From the NCBI GenBank assembly GCA_965603825.1, contig CBFDEM010000040.1:744001-808000 (forward strand): DNA of 64,000 nucleotides, given 5' to 3'. Below the pieces are notes generated by a model that did not search any database, was not told where the DNA came from, and was given only the letters and a program-made list of their open reading frames with translations. Both the position numbers and the translations under genes were made by a program. Shown in pieces: positions 22,242-35,154 of this stretch. The DNA is from Blepharisma stoltei ATCC 30299 (Eukaryota > Protista > Ciliophora). Each line of letters opens with the position of its first letter. The stretch's first letter is position 1.

Positions 22242-24467
22242 TTACTGTGGTTTGATTACATATTCTATCATAGAATCTGTGAACATCTTCAAATTTGCAT
22301 CATCAGTAAGATAATTCCCGCCGTCACCTGGCAAGTTCTCAACATTTCCTCCTGTTGACGGGTTAACCCTAGCTTTTAAGCATCTATCTTGTGTTCTCCC
22401 ACAATCAGTGACTATAAATTTAGGGACAGGAAACCTTTCATTTAAAATTCCTTGGGCATCATCCAATGGTAATTGTAAGAGCATCTTAAAATGCTCATAT
22501 CCTTCTTTATTCTGGTATTCTGCTTTTCTTCAGCTTGCAATAGTGTCTCCATGCCATACAAGTACAATAAAAAACGAGTCCATTAGTAAAATCACATCAT
22601 GTTTTAAAGAAACTATGTCAAGAAGTACAGGGCGAGACTCAGGGGATTCAAAAGAATATTCAAGTAAAGCTGGCTGGACCATTAATAAAGAATTTGTTAT
22701 GTTTTCGCTTAAAATCAATGATCTGTAGTATGAGCTTTCGTCTGGAGAAATATTGAAGGTTTGGAGGAATTGAGATCGTCGCATATAGAACATGAATTGG
22801 GGGAATAGTGAAAATTCTCTGCAGAGCTTAAAAGACTCTTTGGAATCGACAAGATAAGATGCAAAAACTTTTATCAGTCTGACTAAGGTGCGATCTATCC
22901 ATCTAATCACTTCTAAAGGCTCTTTAGACTCCAATTTAATTACAGCCCATCTCGCAACTGCTACAGCAGCTGATTCTTGGTCAAATCCAGGGATAAAATG
23001 TGTGATATCTATATCATTATTGACTATTGGAAATTTCACTGTAGTCACCCTTAGCCTTTTTCTCCCATCAAAATGCCGATAATTTGTTTGGAACTGCAAA
23101 AAGTAAAAACCATGCTGCTTATCATATCTTTCTGGGAAATCAATAATATAGGAAATCGTTGTATTAGAATCTATGCTTGGCAGCACAGTGATGAACTCTT
23201 CAAGCTTTTTTTGGGTTTTGTCATGAACATGATTTCCTCCAGGCCCAATTTTTGCAGCAATTCCCAAATTTTTCTCTGTGTGTATCTGAATAACAGCATC
23301 AGACCCGACTGCAAAAGTCTCAGGATTTTCTCCTAATAGTCGAGTCAACGATCTTTGGAAAATTTCTGTATTAAAAGAGTCCGTCAAAATAATATGTCCG
23401 CCTGTTTCCTCACATAGAGATTTCATCTCCAAAATCCCAGTCTGATCTACAGCACAGAAAAATGCATCAACAGAAATCCCATTGCCTACTGCTCTTTTTG
23501 CTAATTGCTTATAATACTCAATCGCTGGCTTCATATTTACTGTATTTTGGTTCCTTATATCCATATGTGTCCTTATTGTTTCTTTAATATCTACACTTAC
23601 TATCATCCCTTGTCCAGCAGTACATACTCCAGCCACAAACAGCAAAATTTTTGAATTGCGCTTAGGATATGCTAACTCTAGCAAAGAAACAGCCACATTT
23701 AGAGCAGTCCCTGTACATCTATACTGCCTATCTCCAACTGCAGTTGGCCAAATATCAGGCTTTATTTTTTCAATAATCCCTATTAGTGAAAACTCAGACT
23801 CACTTTTTGTGGTAAAAAATTTCCTCCCCCCAGCAATATTTCCTCTTGGGTCATGATGATTAATTCCTAGCTGGTCCTTGATGTTTTTAGGGTCATAAAT
23901 CCTATCCCCTTTAAAAGTATAGCACCTTCCCCCTTCTTTTCAGCCAAGATTATATAAAAATACATTTTTGCCAATTGTTAATATGCCTATATACGAGTTT
24001 TCTGGAATTAAGCTCAATGAGTTTATTATTGAGGATTTTAAAGAATTTAATTCTTCAGTTGTACAACAAGTATCAATAATAAATAAATAGATAGAGGGGA
24101 CAAGCTCAGAGTGGCCTAAAATATACTCCATTGTGGTAAACTGAGGCGTCATTTCTGATGGAATGCTACTCTCTGAGATATATTCTTTATAGTGTGGCGG
24201 GAATGCGTTTTTATTAAAGCACAGAGGACAGCTCCATACTTTTGCTTTAAAATCGACCCCGACATAAGGATTTAGCACGCCTTTACAAATATTGCAAAAA
24301 AGTGGCTCATATTCTACCAGACCTAAGCCTTCAATTTGCTTCAAAGGTGTATAAAAGACACTTACAGGCACAACTATCCTATCAGCCAAAAATTTTTTAC
24401 TCGGCCACTTCATCCATGAGCACCTCACCCCATCTTTTGCTTCTAAAGAAAAAGCGTCTTCGGTCAT
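22242..24467 (-). CDS. SEC23: COPII coat subunit Sec23
   Basis: DGVRCSW..WP, Zn finger CxxC..LNPY..WSCPLC, RCTGTAL, FDQE, FPQFMFYMRRS, ERFPVP. TGA=W at 23940 and 22530. Confidence 0.95.
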
Positions 24468-24490
24468 ATTGATATTTAATCACACTAAAT

Positions 24491-25066
24491 TTAAGGCATT
24501 AAAAGATTAGTGTAAGTAACAGTTACAGAAAGCCCAAGAAGTGCCCCCATAATTGTATCAGATGGGAAGTGGCACATATAATAAATTCTTGAAAACATCG
24601 TGGCCAATGTCAAAATCAAACATAGCCACCCAGGGAACCCAAATTTTACATATAAAAAGCTCCAAAACAGTGCAGCCTGTGCAGAATCGCCTGAAGGCAT
24701 CGAGTGAGTTTTTTCACTACCTCGGAGGTTGTACCTTAAAATTTCGCTTCTGGGAGGGTATGCGACTGGTCGAGGACGTGAAATCATTTTTTTGAACAGT
24801 AAAGTGATGAATAAACAGAGCCCAGGCAGTGCGGCAACCGCTATAGCTGAGTTGATGTTAAAGGGCAGGAATAAAAGAACACAAGCCCAGAAAAAGGACG
24901 GTTGTTCATTATTGAAGGTCACAGCAAAAATCGCCATGATGTACTCGAAAAACCCTCGAGATTTCATTGATCGGTTGACGGCTGCACAGAAGTCCTCGTC
25001 AAAGGAACTAATTGCTTTTGCGACGCCACAGAATAGCTTCATTCCTTGCTTTTTAAATATGGTCAA
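24491..25066 (-). CDS. PAP2-superfamily lipid phosphatase-like protein (C2 motif PSGD)
   Basis: K..ISRPRP, HSMPSGD, SRIYYMCHFPSD. Paralog of 50125-50703. Confidence 0.85.
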   Translation of the reverse strand: MTIFKKQGMKLFCGVAKAISSFDEDFCAAVNRSMKSRGFFEYIMAIFAVTFNNEQPSFFWACVLLFLPFNINSAIAVAALPGLCLFITLLFKKMISRPRPVAYPPRSEILRYNLRGSEKTHSMPSGDSAQAALFWSFLYVKFGFPGWLCLILTLATMFSRIYYMCHFPSDTIMGALLGLSVTVTYTNLLMP

Positions 25067-25326
25067 TCATGTTTATGAGTTTTGGGAACAAGAAAATTGG
25101 TAATGGATAATAATAAACCTGAGAATTAAAAGCAAAAAATATGAAGGAACTAAATAATGATACTAATAGAGGGAAATAGGAGGACTTTTATGCTAAACTG
25201 GATTATAATAGTTTATGAAAAAACGCAAAATTATTTGAAATATTTGAATTTTTTTGAAAATCAAGAAAAACTAGGCAAGAGAAAGGTAATTTAAAGGAAA
25301 ATGTAATATAAATTAAACTTAAATAA

Positions 25327-26742
25327 ATGGACGTAGTCCGAAGAATTACTTTAAAAGCAGCTGATTTAGATGCAGAGCCGCCCACTGATGTAATAATTAC
25401 TTAGGAAGAACTAGAAACTCTTCGAAAAAAATTAGAAAGTGTCCGCAAGCACCAAAATGAAGCCAAACCTCCAGATTATTCAAATGTGTCAAAAGAGAAA
25501 TTAATCCAAATCTTAGAAGATCATGAAAAAGAGCACAGAAAAATCGAAACTTTTTACCGAACTCAAGTAGATGAACTAGAAGCAGAACTCTGTGACGCCC
25601 GACAGCTAATATTGCAGCTGATTGATGAAAGATATGAACTTGACGACGAATTATCCACAGTAAGAGCCCAAAGACAAGACTTAAAAAAGCAGCTTCAAGC
25701 TTTAGAAATTGACCAAAGCAGACTGAACATAGAAAAAGACGATTTAAACCATAATTTAGACCTAAGCCAAAAGCAGATCAGAAGGCTGACTCAGCAAAAT
25801 GAAGAAGAGCAGCAAAAAGTTGATATGCTAAAATCACAGACAATTTCTCTACAAGAATCGCTTACAAAGGAAAAGCAAATTTCTGCTGAGGCATTGGTAC
25901 AGCTGTCAGCTCTGAGAGAAGAATTTGCGACGACTAAAAAAGCTTTTGATGAGCTTATAAATGAAAATTATCAGCTACAGAAGAAGCAAGAAGTGGTTGA
26001 AGACTTCACTGATGAGTCTACAAAAGAAGCGATAAAGCAGCTATCGTTGATTATTTTATCAAAAGATAAGCCATATGTGATGTCGCCAGTCACTAAAATG
26101 CTGGTAAAAGAAGTGTTTGGTGAACAATGCTCCAAGGTTATTGATATATATGAGAGCAAGCTTGAAACTTTGAATGGGAAAATTAAGTCTTTAAGAGATG
26201 AAGTTACGTCAACTACAAGCTTATCTCAGATTTGGCTGACTGATTTATATCAGCTTTATGACTGGATTAAGCAGTCTAATGATTTCTTAGAAGAAGGAGA
26301 ACTTGATAATTTAAAATCAAATTTTAACGACAAAATGTTCGAAATTGAAGACAAAAAAATCGAAATTGAAGAGGCACTAAAAGATTCAAAATCCGCACTT
26401 AGTCTTGCGGCTAGAAGGTCACTGAAAGACAAAGAAGAAGCTGGAGTGTCGAGCAGGCCTTTATTTGGCCCTTCACAACAGAATAGGGAGATAGATAGGC
26501 TGCAAGATAAAATAAAAACTCAAAAAAATGAAATGAATGAATTAAGAGAAAAAGTCCAACAGGCTTATTTACAAGAAGCACAGTTAAGAGACCAAATAAC
26601 AGAGCTGCAAAGCCTAAATGCAAATTTAAGAAAAAGAGGAGTAGGAGGCCCTAGAGAGAGCAACCTAGACATCATAAGATTCCTGCAATGCCAAGCTGCC
26701 GGTCTAGAAGATATTTTAAACGGCCAAATTGAAGAATTCTAA
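25327..26742 (+). CDS. Coiled-coil protein
   Basis: ATG 25327, then intron 25390-25404 joins the first exon in frame to the 418-aa ORF. Confidence 0.75.
25390..25404 (+). other. 15-nt intron GTAATAATTACTTAG
   Basis: Phase 0, removes TAG. Confidence 0.8.
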
Positions 26743-26786
26743 TTTAAGCTGTGAGAATTAATTCTAATTGAGTTTTATCAAACAAA

Positions 26787-27179
26787 ATGGTGAGAATGAA
26801 TGTGCTTGCAGACTGTCTCAAAAGCATCATCAATGCTGAAAAAAGAGGAAAGCGGCAAGTACTCATTAGGCCTGCCTCAAAAGTTGTCATAAGATTCCTT
26901 CGCTTAATGCAAAAGCACGGGTACATTGGAGAATTCGAAGTTATTGATGACCACAGGTCTAATAAAATTGTAGTCGACTTGGTTGGAAGACTAAACAAAT
27001 GTGGAGTTATCTCGCCAAGATTTGACATTGCCCTGACTGATATTGAGCAGGTCGCGACTGATTTATTACCATCTAGACAATTTGGATACGTTGTTTTGAC
27101 CACAACTTATGGAATCCTTGACCACGAAGAAGCACGTAAAAGACACACTGGAGGGAAACTGCTTGGATACTTTTTCTAA
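26787..27179 (+). CDS. RPS15A: 40S ribosomal protein S15a (uS8)
   Basis: [29 protein letters not shown]...LLPSRQFG...GGKLLGYFF. Confidence 0.98.
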   Translation: MVRMNVLADCLKSIINAEKRGKRQVLIRPASKVVIRFLRLMQKHGYIGEFEVIDDHRSNKIVVDLVGRLNKCGVISPRFDIALTDIEQVATDLLPSRQFGYVVLTTTYGILDHEEARKRHTGGKLLGYFF

Positions 27180-27212
27180 CTAATCTTAGAGATTTAGCCA
27201 ATTTTTATTAAA

Positions 27213-27998
27213 TTATACATATTCTACCTTGGCCAGATATAGCCCTGCTGCTGGGGCTCGGCTTGGCTTTTTCCCAGCAGTCCCTGAGAAAAAGGAATTA
27301 AGCTGTTTTAAAGAGATTTTTCCGCAGGAAAAATCCACCAAGGCGCCAACCATATAGCGGATTTGGTGCCAAAAAAATTTTGTTGATCGAAAATGCAGGA
27401 GGATTTCATTTTCTTTTATGTCCATTCAGGCGTCGATTTTTACTTGGTCGTCTTCATACTTTTCTTGCTTTACCTTGCAGATGTCGTTTAGGCTGATTTT
27501 ATTTTCAAAAATTCCTAGAGCTTCTTCAAGCTTATTGATATTTAATTCTTCTAAAATTCAATAAAATTCTAATAAAAACACTGATTCTGGACCAATAAAT
27601 AGCTTGTAAATATATTCACGGGAAACTGCTGAAAATCTTGCATGAAAATCTAATGGGACTTCTCGCATTTCTAGGATTTTTATGCCTGCATTATTTTTCT
27701 CAAAACTCCTATTCAGTCCTATTAACAAGTTTTCAGGAGGAATCATGCCAAACTGTGGGTTTCGCTTGAAGTCTATGTGAAAAGTGTTATAAATTGCGTG
27801 GACTCCTGTGTCTGTTCTGCTTGACCCTTTTAGTTCCACAAATTCAATATTTCCTTGTTTAATAGGTTTTGCTAAAATGTGTTTTATGCCGAATTCTATC
27901 AGCCCAGCTACTGTAGCATTTTCTGTGCCTTGACTTTGCCAGCCAAAAAAGCTAGTCCCAATATATTCACAAGCCCCGAAATATCGTTTGACTTCCAT
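27213..27998 (-). CDS. TruA-family tRNA pseudouridine synthase
   Basis: EY.GT.F.GWQ.Q, SSRTDTGVHA, FHARFSA..R.Y.Y, QIRYMVG, APAAGLYL. TGA=W at 27558 and 27426. Confidence 0.9.
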
Positions 27999-28014
27999 TT
28001 TAATAATTCTTAAT

Positions 28015-29943
28015 CTAATTTTCTAAAAGCTCAAAATCTTCTACTTCTTCGGATTTACCTTCAGGGATTTCTTCTAGCTCAGGAATATTTTCTTCCTCTG
28101 AACTTTCTTCTTCAGGCTGCAAGCCAGTCATCACGCTTTGAAGCCAAGTAGCATTCTTTTCAATATTTTCATCATCAGGGTGGACTTTATACTCTTCTCT
28201 TTTGGCGTCTTCAGGCTTTTTCACTGTGAAATTAAGCTTTTCGAGGACGTCGAGACCGTAGTATGAGTCAGATTTAACATGAATTTCCCATGAATGCTCA
28301 CCTGGGCCAATATTGAATCCTTGTGGGCCTAGTGGCACCTTGAAGTCTTTGTCTTCAATAACTCTTTCATTGGTGAAAAATGACTTCATATAGAGAACTT
28401 TATTGAATTTTGGCTCTACAATAAGAAGCCATAGTTTTTCGTACTTTGATAGAGGTATTCTTGGGGCGTGGATAGGCCCGACGAATTGGTTTTCTTGAAG
28501 CTGCTCTCTTGTAATAACAACTTTTACAGTGATCACGTCTCCGTCTGCAATTTCTTCTTCTCCATCAACGAATACTGAATATTCTACTTTAAGCTTTGGA
28601 AGATAATTAAGGACTTCTTTTATGTCAGAAATTTGTTGCTCTGATAGTGATTTTTCGAATTTTGATAAGTTATTGATATCAATATCAGAAATTTTTCCTT
28701 TACTTTTGCTTTTACTAAATAATTTCAAGTTACCATCATTTATGTGTGGGAGCATTAATAAATTGCTTTCATGAAGCCATAGTCCTTGCGTTATTAACTG
28801 AGCAACTTCTATTAGCAAAGTAAATGTGTGTATGCTCATTTTTTTGGCTCTTGGGACTGAATTAATGATATATGCACAGTCAAGCATGGTTTCAATAATA
28901 TTGACAGCTTTAGTTAAAATCATGTTCAAATCCTTCTGGGCTTTATCTGAAAGATTTTTTCTATTCATATGTGCAAGCAGCAACAGCAAAACTTTTAGTA
29001 TCTTTGGGTTAAGGTTTTGCTTTTTTGGTATATATTCTAGGAATTTCAGCCTTAATTTGTTCAGCTCTTGTGCATCAGATTTTGGTACTGGAAGTTCATG
29101 GAATTCAGCACTGATCGCAATCATCAATAAACATTGCTTGATATTCATATTTTCATTGATAAGCTTTAAGTACATCGGCATGTTATCTTGCAAAACTCCA
29201 TTCTTATCCACCTTTTTCGATGTCGTGATTCACAAATACAAGCTCCCTGGCACAATTATAACCACAATCACAAAGAACACCACCAAAATCGATACATGGT
29301 TTTCTGTTTTCAGCAAAAACATCGGCAGCCCTATAGCAACTTTTGCAGGAGACGGCCCATCAGGATTTCCATATTTTTCATAATTTGCCTTAGCCAGCTC
29401 ATTCGTCAATGTTTCATAGGCTTTTGTAATGGTTATATACTTGCCAGCTGCCCAATTGTTCCCTGGGTTTTTATCAGGGTGGTATTTTTTACTGAGTTCT
29501 CTGAAAGCTGAGCGAATTTGCTTATCAGTCGCGCCCACTTCGATTTCTAAGATTTCATAAGGGTCAAATGTTTTTATGCCTTTTGGGGAATTGCTGATAT
29601 TGACTGCTGTCACATAAATGGCATACCCTAATAAGATTATCAATAGTAAGTGGCAGAACCCAGCCATTCCAAACCTAGACGCTTTCTGAGGAGTTTTAAA
29701 AACTGACCTTTTCTGCACACAAATAGCACAAGGACAATCGTGAGTAATTGTCCCTTTTTTTGTGACTATTGGTGATTCTTTAGTTTCCACGCCCAAGATC
29801 TGGTACTTAATAAAGTAATACACTGTTGGGATTATCACGATTATAAGGACAACTCCTGCGAAGTAATAAAAGGCTGAATCGTCATAGTCTAAGTTCTTTT
29901 CGCCTCCCTCTTCTTTAGTGAATGTGCCTTTAAACCCTGACAT
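28015..29943 (-). CDS. SEC63: ER translocon subunit Sec63 (TM + J-domain + Brl domain)
   Basis: YDDSAFYYF, FDPYEIL..HPDK, YGNPDG, IGLP, SDSYYGLD, acidic tail. TGA=W at 29230. Confidence 0.95.
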
Positions 29944-29995
29944 TTTGGCTTTTATTAATAAAATAGGGGATTATTTTCTATTAAATATTCATTAT

Positions 29996-32900
29996 TTATG
30001 GCTTGGACTGGTAAAAATCAGGGTCAGTGATCTGAGGAACATGCCCAGCTTCTTGACTAAATGCAAACCCTGTATGCCTTCTAGTCAATAATGGCGTATA
30101 CGTGCTCAGTGGCAGTTCTTCTTCCTCTATAAACTGCTCTTCCTCTTCTTTTTTCTCATCTTTCTCCACTTCTTCATAATATGGCGGCGATGGCTTAAGC
30201 AAATCAACCATTTCTTTTATATGACTTATAATCGGTAAAAACAGAAAAGCGCCAATAATGCATAATACAAGGGACGAATACGTGTTCGGGTTCTCAAACA
30301 TTTGTTCAGTCGAGCCTCGGCCATCATAGTTATCAAACCAATTGATAATTGGAAGCCACATTGTCAATATAAGAGACGTCAAATAATATGTCGCAATGCT
30401 CCCAAATATAGCAAGGATAGAAAACCAGTACTGAGTAAAGCTGAATAAGAAAATTTTTAAATTCACAATAATGACGACTAAAGAATAGACCAAGTCACTG
30501 GCCACCCACATACCATTAACTCTGCCATAATCTTCGTCTCCTGTATAGTAACAAATAGCTAGGACAGCCACAAATAAAATAAGCATGGCTTGTAGGACAG
30601 CTTCAACTATTCACAGCCAAAAGACTTTTGTACTGAATAAATCGCCGATTAAGCCAAGCTTGTATGAGGAAGGGGTGGTCTCGAGATTTTCATAGTCGTA
30701 GTCTTTGTCGAAAATTGCATAAATTATGATAGGACTGGCTGCGTAAAAGACGTTAAAAAGCTGATAGGTCCACATGTTGTATAAAATCTGGCCTGAGTAA
30801 GCACTGAAAAGGCCATAGAAAAAGAGAGGCATTACTAAGAGGACGTTTTTGTAGAAATTGTAGCAGATCAGGTTGGTGTTTTTTCTGTAGCATTCGCGGC
30901 CGTGGACGAATAGAAGTCGTTTTAAATAAGAAAACTGGGCGATTGAGTAGTCTGCAGCTCTGACTGCTTGTTTTCCTTCGACTCCTGCAATCCCAACACC
31001 TACATGGGCAGCCAAAATCATGTTTACATCATTGGCTCCATCTCCTATACTTAGTGTCCTTACTTTTGGCTTTGTGTCCTTAATTAGTTTTACAAGCTGT
31101 GCCTTTTGCTGAGGGCTTACTCTGCATGCTAAAACTACCTCAACGTAGTCTACACATTTCAAAAACAGCCGAATCAGCTCTGGTTTTGCAATTCTCAATA
31201 GCGCGTCCCCTGAAATAATCAATGCATATTTAGCAGTTTCTAGCCTAAAAGTAGCTAAAGCTTCTTGCAGCTGATATTTTACAGTATTCGTAGAATTCCC
31301 ATCAACTGTAGCCTGGATCATTTCATTAGTAAGCAACGCGCATGAGTACCCAATATTTACAGCAGTTTCTATTTTATCGCCTGTGAGCAGCCAAATTTTG
31401 ATCCCTGCTTCTCTTATCATAGCAATTGTGGATGGGACGCCATCTTGCAGTTTGTCTTCAATTGCGGTGATTCCTATTAGCTCCAGGTCTTGCTCTATTC
31501 TTTCTGCGAGCTGAGCTGTTAATTTTTCGCGGTTTTCTAAATTGTTCATGGCTTCTATAAACTCTGTGTTCCAAGCTTCGTAGTCTTCTTCTGAAATTTC
31601 TTTAAATGTGATCACAAGTGTTCTCAGCCCTTCACAAGCGTAGGATTCTAAGTATTTCCAAGGTGCATCTAAGTTTTGACCTTGTCTCAGCCTTGGCAAT
31701 ATGACAGTATCAGCTCCTTTGCATAATAAATAAATTTTGCCATTAGGGTATCTAGCAATGACCGACATTCTTTTACGGTTACTTGTGAATTCAATGACGT
31801 TTAATATTTTATAAAGCTGCTCTTTTCCATTCACATTTACGATAACGCTTTGCTCTCTGTCTCTTCCTAATAATTCCACACCAAAATACTTAGCGGCACA
31901 AACTAATGCTTGTTCATCAGGAGATGAAGCTTTATACTCTATAGTCCCATCTTCATGCTTTTCTGTTACAACAGTATGGCAGACTGCTAAATTTGTGAAA
32001 AACTCTATTGCTTTTTCAGATTTACGGTCAAAATTAGGGTCCACAAAATCTACATTAGGCTGTTTATCGATTTTAGTTCTGCTGTTCGTTCCATAAGATT
32101 TCCCATCAATACAAAATTTCCTAAATTCCATAACATTACAAGTAAGAGTCCCAGTTTTATCAGAAAAAACATAATGGATTTGTCCTAGTTCTTCATTCAA
32201 ATTAGAAGACTGAACACCAGCTGGGGTGTCTGTCGGCTCATAATAAATTTTTAAGTCCCAGCTAATCCAAATCGCTTGCAAAAATCTCACCATTTCTAGC
32301 GTCACTATTAGAGAAATTGGGACAAAATTCGTAAATATCAGCATCCATGAGAAAAAAATGAGGATAAAAATGACGACTCCGCTTTGTGTTTCGTCGTCTA
32401 GGTCCAAGTACTGCTCAGTGTCGTCTTCTGTAACTTCGAACCAAATCGTGTAAAAAACAGCGCCAAATAAGCAGATGCAGCATTGCATAAGAAAAATATA
32501 AACCACCTGCCTATTCATCTGGTGCTCTACCGCAGAAAATTTTGACTGGGCATTTGAGGAGTTCAGCATAATTTTGGTTTCGTGCCCAGTATATACAGAA
32601 ATCCCAATAATCCAGTCAGTGTTTCTCAAAGAGCTGCCTCTTAGTAAAAACTGCTCTGGGGTAATTGGAATTGTAACTCCATTTATCAAAATTGTCCCTT
32701 TGAACTGATAAATCATTGCATTCGGATCTTCACACTTGATTTCTGTTTCAAACCTATTTAAAACGCCTTCTCCAGCCTCAGTAAAAATTTTGTGAGTTTG
32801 CTTTAAAGAAAGCTTGTGCTTCAAGTTGGTTTCTCCATCTAAGTTTTTTGTCTCAATATAGCAGATTCCACTAGACTCACTTGAAGTAAGTAGGACTAAA

Positions 32901-33334
32901 TCAGTTGGAAAATACTCGTTTTTCTTGACTTTTACAATATCTCCTACATGCAGTTTTTTTCACGCAATTAATTTCCATCCATCATTAGTCCAATATTCCA
33001 CAATCCTACTATTTTCTTCTTTATCTGCCCTTCTTCGTTTGAGGTCTTCTAAAAGATCTTTAATTGCACTTAATGTAAGAACAAACAGTAAAGGAAGCAA
33101 AATGTTAGGTATGCCTCCTGAGACTGAAATTTGAGGGATAACTTGTAATACAGCAATGGCTAAGAAATAAACATTTGCTAATTTTTGAAATTGAAGCCAA
33201 AGATTTTTAGGGATGAATGTAAGGAGGTTGTATTTGCAAGTGCTGATCCCGTTGGGCTTAAAATTGCTAGGCTCTTCTCTAGGGACTTTAACTATTCGGT
33301 TTTCTTGCACTGCTAAGGTTTGGGTTCTTTCCAT
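29996..33334 (-). CDS. P4-type ATPase (phospholipid flippase)
   Basis: N.IST.KY, DGETNLK, PISL, DKTGTLT, SPDE, KGAD, TGD, GDGAND, FYKN, GFAFSQ. TGA=W at 32960 and 30611. Confidence 0.95.
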
Positions 33335-33915
33335 TTACTATAGCCGTTTGAAAGCAGAAATAGTAACTCTATTGCATTAAAAAATCCCTACAAGGTTTAT
33401 ATTAAATTTCTAATAAAATAAGCAGTCTCGCTTTATTTTTTATATATATGATAAAGATATAGAAGAGTTTATGCTATTCTAGGCTTGCAAATATCAGCAT
33501 TTAGACTAATAAGAACAATTGATGAAAGTAAAAGAGGCAGAGTCTTGTTAAGCTCAACAGGAAATTTTAGAAATAAATAAGAAAATAGAAAATGCCATGA
33601 ATAGGATCTTTTAAAATAGAAAGTTTATATGCTCATTTAATATTATTTATGCATTTTGGGATGCAAATTTCAATTTCATTAGTATTTTGTTTATAGAAAA
33701 TAGTATCAGGCTAATTCTATTTTGTTTTATCCAGCTCGCATAATAATACATAAATTATATAGTTTTTTGAACAAATTGTGTAGGACTCCCGCATATGGAA
33801 TTTTTTAATTGTGATTTTAAATTCCGAAGAAGACATATATTAAAAATATAAAATCTCTACTAAAATTAGTGCATTCACTTGATTTTACAATTATAATAAA
33901 AATATAGAAGGATTT

Positions 33916-35124
33916 ATGCAAGGCAACTTTCAAAGTACTGCGCAGGCCGACTCAACAGCTCAAGGCTTCATAAATAACGACACTGACTGTTTTATTATAT
34001 CAGCCCTACAGCTTTGTATCCGAAGTGGGCTATTAAGAACTATTTGCAATCAAAAATGAAAAACTGACTTCTTAGACTCAGTAAATCCAATAGTTGATGC
34101 ATTAATAGATTTGAGAAACGAATATAATGCAAAAAGAGGCAGCGAAAATAGGCCCTTAAAAGTGCAGCGTTTAAGAATGGCTCTTGCTGATCAAAAAACT
34201 ATTTACCAATGTGGGAACTTAGGGGATGCCTGGGATGCTATAAATTTTATGTTCGAAACTATTCACAATTATTATTCTCCATTTTTTGCTAATAGGATAG
34301 AAGCTTGCTGTCCTGTACACGAAATTTTTGGAAAAGTAGGAAAACAAGTAGAATCGTGCACCAACCCGGCATGCGATGTTCCTAAAAATCCAAAGATTTA
34401 TGATATAGATAAACGAGCTTATATTATTCAGCACACCGTGCAGATTATAAATCAAGAAAATATGCTAGTTCCTCTCGGTATCATAAATAAAGGAGAAAAT
34501 GAAGATCTTATCTCTTTTATGCTTTCCGAAATGGAAAATAATGCCCCAAGGCGGTGCTTAATTTGTCATGAAACGTCATACAAAAAAGCTTATTTTTTCA
34601 GTGAATTTCCAAAATATTTACTATTATACTTGGATTTTAATAATTCCATTCCAAACTTGCCAGATGCTATATACTCAAATTTTGAGAAGCTTCAGTCAAT
34701 TCCATGTGGTGCATTTTGGTATAATGCAGTCGGCTTTATTTTGTATGTAAAAAACATTCATTATACAGCCATGATTTATTCAAGAGCAAAGAAAGTGTGA
34801 CAAGTCATTGATGACCAAAAAAAAATTCTGCTAGAAGATTATAGTGATTTAAGGGAAAGTGTGCCATCTATTGCATTATATAGGCTAAGCAATAAGCAAT
34901 CTAACTATCATTTCCCTATATTGTTTAGATATGCTGACTTGCCAATCGAGCCAAATTATATTAGCCCGCCTGACTCTGTCAATTTAGAACAAAAGTCCAT
35001 ATATGTTCCTACAAAGCAGCTTGTAGATCACAAAATTTGCCTAGCCTGCAACATGCCAAATCCCATTTATAACTCAGTATGCATTTCCTGTAAGGTAAAT
35101 TTAAATAACCCAATATCTTCATAA
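33916..35124 (+). CDS. USP-family (peptidase C19) deubiquitinase-like protein with C-terminal Zn ribbon
   Basis: Cys box GFINNDTDCFIISALQ, GDAWDAI..FETIH, His box HYTAM..W(TGA)QVIDD, C-terminal CLAC...N....VCISC. Confidence 0.75.
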
Positions 35125-35154
35125 TAAGTTTATATAAAAATTTCTCAACAATTT

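Noticed and set aside
26744-27103. 119-aa antisense ORF over RPS15A
   Set aside because: Shadow of a highly conserved gene, with no independent features.
33335-33915. 580-bp AT-rich gap as a retained IES or MITE
   Set aside because: No evident terminal repeats. It lies between divergent genes, and no gene in the window is interrupted by an IES-like insert.
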